From Planctomycetaceae bacterium (GTDB lineage: Bacteria > Planctomycetota > Planctomycetia > Planctomycetales > Planctomycetaceae): DNA of 35,562 bases. Below are positions 27,068-34,674 of the stretch, one piece after another. Under the pieces are notes generated by a model. It was not told the origin of the DNA. It saw only the letters and a program-made list of their open reading frames with translations, and searched no databases. Made by a program: the position numbers and the translations under genes. Numbering within the stretch: the first letter of the stretch is position 1; each line of letters opens with the position of its first letter. Location of the stretch: contig JALRDR010000147.1 of assembly GCA_023262145.1 (NCBI GenBank), positions 1-35,562 on the forward strand, written 5' to 3'.

Positions 27068-28285
27068 ATGCTTCGTACACAGCCACACCCTGTACATTCA
27101 GCAGAGCAGTCAGCAAGGCAGGAGCGTCCTGCTGCGGACCGCTCCGGTGTTGTGTCGCTGTGGACGATCCTTGTCCTTGCAACAGTCGGCCTGATTGGCC
27201 TGACAACAGTGCATTTGCGTCTCTACGGCACCGCTGCCGGCCGTGCTCGACTTTGTTGTCAGTCTGCAGCACTGGCGGCCGGCCATGCATGGCTGTCTGA
27301 TCGACTGCTCAGCAGTAACCTGCAGACTTTTGAACTCGATGCGCTCGATATTCGAGGCACCGAAGCCGCGGTCGAGATCTCCGATTACTATCTGCCCGGC
27401 AGCGGAAGTTACGGTCACGAACGCGTGACTGTTCAGACCGACTGGGGCAACGCTGCAGATGTACTGCAGAAGCATGCGGCTGTTCCCAAAGGTCTGCGTG
27501 TGCTGTACAGCGAAGACGGTCAGCGTTCCGCTGGCAGTCCGGCTCTGTTTGGGGTGATGCCCTGCCGTGCTGCGGCAACGGTTGCAATCCAGAACTCCCC
27601 CAGTGGATTCTCCATTTCCCGTGATGGCTCACTGCCGGTGTTTCCGTTCACGCTTCCGGAAACAGCGACGGAATCCACCGGGGCTGTCGGTGAAAGCTCG
27701 TGGAAGGACCAGATTGAGCTGTTTCAGGGGCCGGATGATTTCGCGTGGAACCCGGATACTCACCGCTTTGAGCGGGGACCGGATGGTATTCCGGAAGTGG
27801 ACCTGACACTTTCCACCGATGATCTGTCCGGCGGCTACAAAGAATTGATCGCGCTGGAATTCAATGCAGCGGACACAAAGTCTCCACGTCCATGGACGCA
27901 GTGTCTGGCTGAGGGACTGAATCACCAGGACCTGGCTGATCGTGACTGGAAATCACTGGACCTTGCCGCACAGATGGATGCCCGGCGACTCAACTCCGCG
28001 GCTCTTTATGCAGCTTCGGAAACTCTGAGAACCATGAAGCCGGTTCCGGCCATCCTTTTTCTCAGCCGCTCCTCCAGCAGCACCAGTCCGGCTTTCTCCG
28101 GATCCGGCACTGTCACCCTGCAACGCCCCGTAGCGGCGCGCTGTGTGGAAGCAAAGATGGTGAACAGCAGACAACTGCGGATCCGACTGCAGCCCGGCAT
28201 TCTGATCACATCAATGGCCGTCGATGGCAAAGCCACCGCCGTTGCCGACAACCGCTATATCTACAGCGTCCGCCCGCTCGACTGA
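27068..28285 (+). CDS. TadG-like protein (Tad_N / TadE-G-like N-terminal domain)
   Basis: 405 aa. RSGVVSLWTILVLATVGLIGLTTVHLRLYGTAAGRARLCCQSAALAAGHAWL matches the TadG N-terminal pattern (TM helix, then R-x-x-LQ-x-AADAAALAGA-like). The remainder is not recognisable. Confidence 0.6.
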   Translation: MLRTQPHPVHSAEQSARQERPAADRSGVVSLWTILVLATVGLIGLTTVHLRLYGTAAGRARLCCQSAALAAGHAWLSDRLLSSNLQTFELDALDIRGTEAAVEISDYYLPGSGSYGHERVTVQTDWGNAADVLQKHAAVPKGLRVLYSEDGQRSAGSPALFGVMPCRAAATVAIQNSPSGFSISRDGSLPVFPFTLPETATESTGAVGESSWKDQIELFQGPDDFAWNPDTHRFERGPDGIPEVDLTLSTDDLSGGYKELIALEFNAADTKSPRPWTQCLAEGLNHQDLADRDWKSLDLAAQMDARRLNSAALYAASETLRTMKPVPAILFLSRSSSSTSPAFSGSGTVTLQRPVAARCVEAKMVNSRQLRIRLQPGILITSMAVDGKATAVADNRYIYSVRPLD

Positions 28286-28423
28286 ATCGTCCTGAGCTTT
28301 TTCGCACGCTGCATCTGATTTCGGTAGCGCCAGCATAATTGCTCCGAACTGCTTGCAGTTTTGATCTGATCGCGGCAGCATATTCAGGGTCCAAATGTTT
28401 CCAGTCCTGCCGGGGAGATCATC

Positions 28424-29866
28424 GTGAAGACAAAATCAGTACTGGCGTACCTGCCTGCATTCGCTCTGCTTTGTTTAGTGCAGACAACAGCGGCTCGCGC
28501 CGTTCCGGCAGCAGATGAGAATGACTCATTTACGGAACTGCGCACGTCTCTGCAGCAACTGCCTGTTGAAGAAGCACTGCAGAAATACACATCAGCTCTC
28601 GACAATGATTCCGACAACCTGCGGCTGTATGATCTCAGCTCAGCTGTTGCCAGCCGCCTTTATCGTGAGGGGCGTATCGCCGACGCAGTGGATCTCCTGG
28701 AATCGGTCTGTGAGCGACTGCAGACCCGAACTGACACTCCGGGCGAGGCCACGCTGCTTGGCAGAAACATCTCGTCCCTGCTTGCTTACAGCCGTCGTCT
28801 GGAGCTGGAGGGTACTGCTCAACGTGTCGCGACACGAATTGATGCTGCCGTGGAGATCGTCGGCAAACTTGCCGCTGCCGAAGACCCCGCACCGTATGTC
28901 AGCACCCTGGCCGGGCTGATATCCGCAAAGGCAACATCTCTGCAGGAGCAGGGCAGCATCGATGCAGCCGGATCACTGCTCACCGAATACGTGAACAGCT
29001 TTCGATCACAACTGGGCGACAACACTGAAGCGGCAATCCGCGGTGTCAGTATGCTGGTGCAGATGCAGATCTCAACCGCAGAGGATGCTCCGGCAGATGC
29101 ATTGCGAGAAGAACTGGAAGCCGATTTCGGCAGGGCCAGGAAACTCCAGCCGGACAATGCCGTGGTCATGGCTGAGTTCCTCCGCTACCGACTTTCGCAG
29201 GCCAGCCTGCTTTCTCGCGAACGTCCTGACTCCGCGACTCGGATGATCTCCGATCTGAAGGAAATTGTTGACGCCTCAACTGTGGCCGAACATCCTCTGG
29301 TTGCTTCGTCCGTGCGTTCCCTTGCCTCGCTGGAACAGCGTATTGCTGCAGCTCGCCTGCTGCTGGAGATGATTGGTAAGCCCGCTCCGGCATTTGATTA
29401 TGGCATAACCGCTCATGGCGACTCTGTCACTGCAGAATCCCTGCGCGGCAAGGTGGTGCTGGTCGACTTCTGGGCAGTCTGGTGCGGTCCCTGCATTGCC
29501 ACCTTCCCCCACCTCAACAGCCTGCACGATGAATTTCATGATGCCGGTCTGGAAATTGTCGGGGTGACGCGTCAGTACAATTACGAGTGGAGTGAAGAGC
29601 AGGGCAGGGCATCTCGTTCCACTGAAGAGGTCGCACTGGAGACAGAACTGGCCATGCTGGAGAAATTCATGGACCACCATGAACTTCGACACCCAACCGT
29701 TGTGGTTCCGAAAGAATCGCAGATGCACAGCAGCTTTGGAGTCACCGGGATACCCCATGCGGTTGTGATTGATCGTGAGGGCATCGTCAGACTGGTCAAA
29801 GTGGGGTCAGGTGACGCAAACGCTGCTGCAATTCATGATGAGATCGCCCGACTCGTGCGTCAGTGA
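28424..29866 (+). CDS. TlpA/ResA-like thiol:disulfide oxidoreductase with a ~330-aa N-terminal helical domain; secreted
   Basis: GTG start with GGGGAG upstream and signal peptide KTKSVLAYLPAFALLCLVQTTAARA. The C-terminal redoxin domain reads LRGKVVLVDFWAVWCGPCIATFPHLNSLHDEF...GLEIVGVT...GVTGIPHAVVIDREG, with WCGPC at nt 29480-29494. Confidence 0.8.
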   Translation: MKTKSVLAYLPAFALLCLVQTTAARAVPAADENDSFTELRTSLQQLPVEEALQKYTSALDNDSDNLRLYDLSSAVASRLYREGRIADAVDLLESVCERLQTRTDTPGEATLLGRNISSLLAYSRRLELEGTAQRVATRIDAAVEIVGKLAAAEDPAPYVSTLAGLISAKATSLQEQGSIDAAGSLLTEYVNSFRSQLGDNTEAAIRGVSMLVQMQISTAEDAPADALREELEADFGRARKLQPDNAVVMAEFLRYRLSQASLLSRERPDSATRMISDLKEIVDASTVAEHPLVASSVRSLASLEQRIAAARLLLEMIGKPAPAFDYGITAHGDSVTAESLRGKVVLVDFWAVWCGPCIATFPHLNSLHDEFHDAGLEIVGVTRQYNYEWSEEQGRASRSTEEVALETELAMLEKFMDHHELRHPTVVVPKESQMHSSFGVTGIPHAVVIDREGIVRLVKVGSGDANAAAIHDEIARLVRQ

Positions 29867-29884
29867 TTGTTGCAGATGATACTG

Positions 29885-29933
29885 GCGGCATCCGTGCGGG
29901 CTGGACACAGCATGGGTGCCGCTTTCTTTTTTT
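29885..29933 (+). terminator. Rho-independent terminator after the TlpA-like gene
   Basis: GCGGCATCC (29885-29893) pairs with GGGTGCCGC (29914-29922) in 9 bp including one G-U. It is immediately followed by TTTCTTTTTTT (29923-29933), 19 nt after the stop codon. Confidence 0.65.
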
Positions 29934-29964
29934 CACCTTAGTCCAGTGATGGAACAACCTCAGG

Positions 29965-31170
29965 ATGTCGTCAGAGATCATGCTCCCGGCAGGTTTTCGC
30001 GCTGCCGGAATCTGCTGCGGTATCAAACCCAGCGGCCGCCCCGACCTCGCCTTGTTTGCTTCTGATACAGCAGCTGTCGCGGCAGGCGTGTTTACGACCA
30101 ACCGCGTCTGTGGAGCCCCTGTGACGATTTCACGGTCGCGAGTCCCCTCGCGCACCGCACGCGCAATCATCATCAACTCCGGCAACTCCAACGCCGCCAC
30201 AGGTACCCCGGGGCTGGCCGATGCCCGTGCCATGACCGCAGAAACCGCGGCCCTGCTTGGTTGCGACGAACATGATGTCCTCGTCTGCTCCACCGGTGTC
30301 ATCGGTGTACCGCTGCCAATGGCCAGACTGCGGCAGGGAATCCCGGCAGCGGCAGACGCACTGGGTGCCTCCAGCGTCCACCTGCAGCAGGCTGCCACGG
30401 CAATGATGACTACGGACACCTTTCACAAGACTGCCTCACGGGAAATCAGAAACTCAGCCGGAATTGTCCGCGTCAGTGGCGCTGCCAAGGGTGCCGCGAT
30501 GATCGCTCCAAACATGGCGACCATGCTGGGCGTGATCCTCACAGATGCCTGCCTGACACCTGAAGAGGCAGATCTGATGCTGCGGCGCGGGGTTGACCGC
30601 AGCTTCAACTGCGTTTCTGTTGACGGTCACATGAGTACAAGTGACACCGTGCTGCTGCTGGCCAACGGTGCTTCCGGAGTTACGTTGAATGAAGCGGAAA
30701 ATGCTCGGCTTGCTGAGGCGATTCGTGAAGTCTGCGAAGAACTTGCCACCAGTATTATTCGTGATGCTGAGGGAGCTGACCATTTCATCACCGTGGATGT
30801 CGCCGGTTTTGAAACTCGCCAGCAGGCTGAACGCATTGCGCGGGAAATCTGCGAAAGTGCTCTGGTGAAAACTGCAGTGACCGGTGCCGACCCTAACTGG
30901 GGCCGCATCGTTTCTGCAGCGGGATACGCAGGTGTCGATTTCGAACCCGAGCATCTCTCACTGCGAATCAATGGCACAGAAGTTTATCGCTCGGGAACAC
31001 CCGCTGAATTTGATGCAGCAGACCTTTCCCGGCGTATGAGAGACAACCGAGATGTGCACTTCGAACTGACACTGGCCGGTGGCCCCTGCTCAGGATCCCA
31101 AAGTGCACGGTTCTGGACGTCAGATCTGACGGCGGAATACGTACGGCTGAACTCTGAGTACACTACCTGA
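29965..31170 (+). CDS. argJ: Bifunctional glutamate N-acetyltransferase / amino-acid acetyltransferase
   Basis: LPAGFRAAGICCGIK, the autoprocessing site PNMATMLGVILTDA, ADPNWGRI and the C-terminal LTAEYVRLNSEYTT are present. 401 aa. Confidence 0.9.
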   Translation: MSSEIMLPAGFRAAGICCGIKPSGRPDLALFASDTAAVAAGVFTTNRVCGAPVTISRSRVPSRTARAIIINSGNSNAATGTPGLADARAMTAETAALLGCDEHDVLVCSTGVIGVPLPMARLRQGIPAAADALGASSVHLQQAATAMMTTDTFHKTASREIRNSAGIVRVSGAAKGAAMIAPNMATMLGVILTDACLTPEEADLMLRRGVDRSFNCVSVDGHMSTSDTVLLLANGASGVTLNEAENARLAEAIREVCEELATSIIRDAEGADHFITVDVAGFETRQQAERIAREICESALVKTAVTGADPNWGRIVSAAGYAGVDFEPEHLSLRINGTEVYRSGTPAEFDAADLSRRMRDNRDVHFELTLAGGPCSGSQSARFWTSDLTAEYVRLNSEYTT

Positions 31171-31177
31171 TTCCTAT

Positions 31178-31813
31178 GTGAGCGGAGCCGCCGGTTCTGC
31201 TGCTCTCCAGACTGCAGGTCGTAGCATGCTGAGTCTTCTTCAACCTGACGAACTGCTGATCACTCGAACGATGCAGGCATCGCGGGATCAGCAACTGACG
31301 TACTCAGACCTGCTGGCAACTGTTGATTCAGTAACCCCCGCCGGATTCTCCCCGAATCACTGGAAAAGCAGAATTGGAACCGGGGAGCAGGCTTTCCAGC
31401 AGGCCTGCAATGCGATCAATGATCTGGCGATGCTGCAGCTGGGCTGGCTGCGGGTGGTCGCTGCTGACGGCACACCGCAGGTCGGTCGGCAGATCGCCAC
31501 ACTCGCACGCAGTGCCGGAGTCTGGTCCCTCAATGTGGCCCGTATTGTCGCTGTGGACAACGACACAGAACACCGCTACGGATTCTGCTATGGAACTCTG
31601 CCGGAGTATCCGGTCTGTGGAGAAGAGCGATTTACTGTCGCCTATGATCCGGGCACACGGGAAGTCAGCTTTGAGGTATTCTCATTCTCACGGCCGACAG
31701 CATTGCTGGCACGGATAGGCTGGCCACTGATCAGACGCACGCAGCGACAGTTCTGCAAGGATGCCGCGCAGGCAATGCGGCAGGCATGTGGTTCTGAACC
31801 ACGATCTTCGTAA
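31178..31813 (+). CDS. DUF1990-family protein
   Basis: LTYSDLLATV... and HRYGFCYGTLPEYPVCGEERFTV resemble the DUF1990 core (GF-x-YGTL-x-x-HP-x-x-GEE-x-F). The start is uncertain: GTG at 31178, 7 nt after the argJ stop, or ATG at 31226. Confidence 0.6.
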   Translation: MSGAAGSAALQTAGRSMLSLLQPDELLITRTMQASRDQQLTYSDLLATVDSVTPAGFSPNHWKSRIGTGEQAFQQACNAINDLAMLQLGWLRVVAADGTPQVGRQIATLARSAGVWSLNVARIVAVDNDTEHRYGFCYGTLPEYPVCGEERFTVAYDPGTREVSFEVFSFSRPTALLARIGWPLIRRTQRQFCKDAAQAMRQACGSEPRSS

Positions 31814-31832
31814 TCGTCGTACGGCAGCACCA

Positions 31833-31866
31833 CTGGCGCCCTGCCAGAATACTGGCGGACTGCCAG
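31833..31866. promoter_or_regulatory. Two tandem copies of the palindrome CTGGC-N5-GCCAG upstream of the nagA-like gene; candidate operator or paired RNA hairpins
   Basis: CTGGCGCCCTGCCAG at 31833-31847 and CTGGCGGACTGCCAG at 31852-31866. The spacing is 19 bp centre to centre, and the elements lie 32-65 nt upstream of the ATG at 31898. Confidence 0.4.
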
Positions 31867-31897
31867 CAGCTCCCCAGGCACCACACAGGAATGATAT

Positions 31898-33115
31898 ATG
31901 GGCGTCGAAGCAACAGCGGGTGCAATTATCAACGGTACAGTTGTCCTCCCGGACCGTCTGCTCAGGAACGCGGCCGTGGTCTGGGAAGATGGCAGGATCT
32001 CCAGTGTTGGCTGCACGCCCGAAATCCCCCCGGGCGTTCGGCCCATCGATGCCGAAGGCCATCTGATCAGTCCGGGGTTTATCGATCTGCATGTACACGG
32101 CGGCGGCGGTGCCGATTTTATGGACGGTACTGTTGCGAGCGTCATCACCGCGTGTTCCGCACATCTGCGCCATGGCACCACAACAATCTTCCCGACTACG
32201 ACCACTGGCGACGAACAGTTGCTCCTGGATATGCTGGATTCCTGCCACACGGCAGCTGCACAATTCGCAGCCTGCCCCGGGACAGGCCCGTGGATACCCG
32301 GCATTCACCTTTACGGCCCGTACTTTGCTGCGGGGAAGCAGGGGTGCCATGACCCGGCGGGATGTCGAGCACCGGACCCCGAAGAGTACCGCAAATACCT
32401 CTCCAGCAACTTCGTCCGCATTGCCACCTGTGCCGCAGAACTCCCGGGGGCAGAAGACTTCAGTCGCATCTTTCATGATGCAGGCTGCCTTGTCACCTGC
32501 GGTCACTCCAATGCCTCCTGGACAGAAATGCAGAAAGTCCACGATGCCGGCATGCGACACGTTGACCATTTCTGGTGTGCCATGAGTTCAGTACCGGCCA
32601 TGCGTCAGCGTTTTGGTCCGCCCATGCAGGGCAGCATGGCCGAATTTGTACTGATGCATCGCGAAATGAGCACAGAGGTCATCGCTGATGGCTGCCATCT
32701 GGCCCCGGAACTCCTCGAATTTGCATGGCGAATGAAAGGCTCTGACCGCCTCTGCCTTGTCACCGACTGCAACCGAGCGCTGGATCTGCCGCCGGGCGAA
32801 TACAAATTCGGACATCACGAACTTGGGACCACATTCCGGAGCGACGGAAGAACGGGCTGGGCTGCTCCTGACAGCCTGGCCAGTTCAGTGCAGGGAATGG
32901 ACTTCATGGTGCGACACATGCGTCAGGTCACCACGGCACCGCTGCATGAAGTTATTCGCATGGCGACTGCTACCCCGGCTGAACGGGCCGGTATTCAGGA
33001 TCAGACCGGGCGTGTGGAATGCGGGCTGCAGGCAGATCTGCTCATTCTTGATGATGATCTGCAGGTGCTCAGGGTGATCGCTCAGGGCGTGTCTGCCTCA
33101 GGACCTGAACACTGA
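31898..33115 (+). CDS. nagA: N-acetylglucosamine-6-phosphate deacetylase-like amidohydrolase
   Basis: ISPGFIDLHVHGGGGADFMDG is the metal-binding HxH of the NagA type. HLYGPYF, CGHSNAS, HFWCAMS and ADLLILDDDLQV are also present. AGGA lies 8 nt upstream of the ATG. Confidence 0.75.
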   Translation: MGVEATAGAIINGTVVLPDRLLRNAAVVWEDGRISSVGCTPEIPPGVRPIDAEGHLISPGFIDLHVHGGGGADFMDGTVASVITACSAHLRHGTTTIFPTTTTGDEQLLLDMLDSCHTAAAQFAACPGTGPWIPGIHLYGPYFAAGKQGCHDPAGCRAPDPEEYRKYLSSNFVRIATCAAELPGAEDFSRIFHDAGCLVTCGHSNASWTEMQKVHDAGMRHVDHFWCAMSSVPAMRQRFGPPMQGSMAEFVLMHREMSTEVIADGCHLAPELLEFAWRMKGSDRLCLVTDCNRALDLPPGEYKFGHHELGTTFRSDGRTGWAAPDSLASSVQGMDFMVRHMRQVTTAPLHEVIRMATATPAERAGIQDQTGRVECGLQADLLILDDDLQVLRVIAQGVSASGPEH

Positions 33116-33916
33116 TCGAAAACTGTCGATTGTCTGCTGAGCTGTCGTGATTGAATCGGGGACTGGAAACGCTTCGGCTGACGCATAACCGTCATACGCC
33201 AGCTCCTGCAATGCTGCGGCGATCGGTGCATAATTCATGTGGCCGAAACCCGCAGCCTGTCGATTGGAATCCACAAAATGAACGTGCCCCAGATGTCGCC
33301 CGGCATCCCGCAGCCCGGCAGCGATGCTGCGCTCTTCGATGTTCATATGGAACAGGTCTGCCAGAAGACGCACTGCACCTGTCGAGAGCGAATCAAGTAG
33401 CTCCGCTCCCTGTTTCATTGTCGTGCAAAGATTGGTTTCATAACGATTCAGCGGTTCGTAGATGAGTACAGTTCCGCAAGAGCTGGCGTGTTCACCCAGG
33501 ATTTCGAGTGACTCTGTCAGCAGCTTCAGAGCCTCCTCGCGAGGAACATCGTCTGACCAGCGTCCCTGCATGGATCCAATGATCGCCGGCGCACCGAACT
33601 CAGCCCCGGCATCAATGATGCCTCGAATGAATTCTCTCGCAGCGGCTCGCTTTTCAGCATGCGCATCACACAGACTCAGGCCATGAATCACCATGCCGGC
33701 GCCAGTGCCAACCGCAGCAAGTTGCAGACCGTGCTGCGACAGGAGCTCCGCCAGAGGCAGATTGCGGATGCATTCGGCCGCAGGAGCAAAGACCTCAATT
33801 GCGTCAAAACCCATCTCCGCAGCATGTGCAGCTGCTGCTGCCAGATCGTCATGGAAAACAAATGGTCCTCGACGCGCCTGCTCTACTAGACTGACTGTAA
33901 CTGCGGATTTGATCAT
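33098..33916 (-). CDS. Sugar phosphate isomerase/epimerase (xylose-isomerase-like TIM barrel)
   Basis: 272 aa from ATG at 33916 (MIKSAVTVSL...). GFDAIEVF, LYEPLNRYETN, DLFHMNIEE and HVHFVDSNR show the metal-ligand pattern of the AP_endonuc_2 / TIM-barrel family. Confidence 0.75.
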   Translation of the reverse strand: MIKSAVTVSLVEQARRGPFVFHDDLAAAAAHAAEMGFDAIEVFAPAAECIRNLPLAELLSQHGLQLAAVGTGAGMVIHGLSLCDAHAEKRAAAREFIRGIIDAGAEFGAPAIIGSMQGRWSDDVPREEALKLLTESLEILGEHASSCGTVLIYEPLNRYETNLCTTMKQGAELLDSLSTGAVRLLADLFHMNIEERSIAAGLRDAGRHLGHVHFVDSNRQAAGFGHMNYAPIAAALQELAYDGYASAEAFPVPDSITTAQQTIDSFRSVFRS

Positions 33917-34062
33917 GGTGTTTCTGACTGAGGTAAGAGTGCTGACTGCGGCAGCCACCGGGGCAGAGATGAAAAGCGTAGCGCGACCAGTGTACCAGGC
34001 TGGCAGCGGGAGTCGAGCTTGCGTTGCGGCACCGAGACAGTCTGGCCCTGCGACCGGATGTT

Positions 34063-34596
34063 CTACAGGAAACCCATGAGTGGGTCTGTTGAGCCCGCGT
34101 CATTGTCAGCGGGAGATACATCAGAAGCAGGAGCATTAGTTGGTGGAAGACCGAGCGACAACTTTACGAGCTGCTGATCTTCACACAGGGGTGTCACGGA
34201 GCCCGGCTGAGCCACCATGTCGGACACCCGCACTTCAGAAAGAATCCGTTGTGCTGCAGCAATGGCACCATCAACGGCGCGGTGCAGCGGGCACAGGGTC
34301 CCGGCGTGTGAACCAATTCCGAGTGGACATTTTTCGATTCGTTCAAGAGGCTCCAGCGAGTTGATCACATCCAGCAGGGTCACTTCTTCCGGAGCACGCG
34401 AAAGCTGGAAACCACCGTTCGGGCCACGCTGGGCAATCAGCAGCCCCGACTTGACCAGCGATTGCATGAGCTTGGAAAGATAGGGAGCAGGAACCCTCGT
34501 AATCTCTGCAATCTCACGAGACGGGCAGGACTGACCGCCAGCGTTGGCAATAGTTACTACTGCTCTGAGGGCATATTCAACAGATTGGCTGATCAT
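34063..34596 (-). CDS. Rrf2-family transcriptional regulator
   Basis: 177 aa from ATG at 34596. MISQSVEYALRAVVTIANAGGQSCPSREIAEITRVPAPYLSKLMQSLVKSGLLIAQRGPNGGFQL is the Rrf2 winged-helix signature. The cluster-region-like segment is CPLGIGSHAGTLCPLH. Confidence 0.85.
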   Translation of the reverse strand: MISQSVEYALRAVVTIANAGGQSCPSREIAEITRVPAPYLSKLMQSLVKSGLLIAQRGPNGGFQLSRAPEEVTLLDVINSLEPLERIEKCPLGIGSHAGTLCPLHRAVDGAIAAAQRILSEVRVSDMVAQPGSVTPLCEDQQLVKLSLGLPPTNAPASDVSPADNDAGSTDPLMGFL

Positions 34597-34642
34597 AAAC
34601 GAAAGTCTGTCATTGGGCGGCGTCTTCAGCGCCGCGGTTCTC

Positions 34643-34674
34643 TGCCACAGTGGCAACATCACAGTAAGTGGCAG
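34643..34674. promoter_or_regulatory. Palindrome TGCCAC-A-GTGGCA plus a repeated AGTGGCA half-site upstream of the Rrf2 gene; candidate auto-operator
   Basis: A 13-bp perfect palindrome lies at 34643-34655. AGTGGCA is repeated at 34649-34655 and 34667-34673 (18-bp period). The elements are 47-78 nt upstream of the Rrf2 ATG. Confidence 0.35.
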
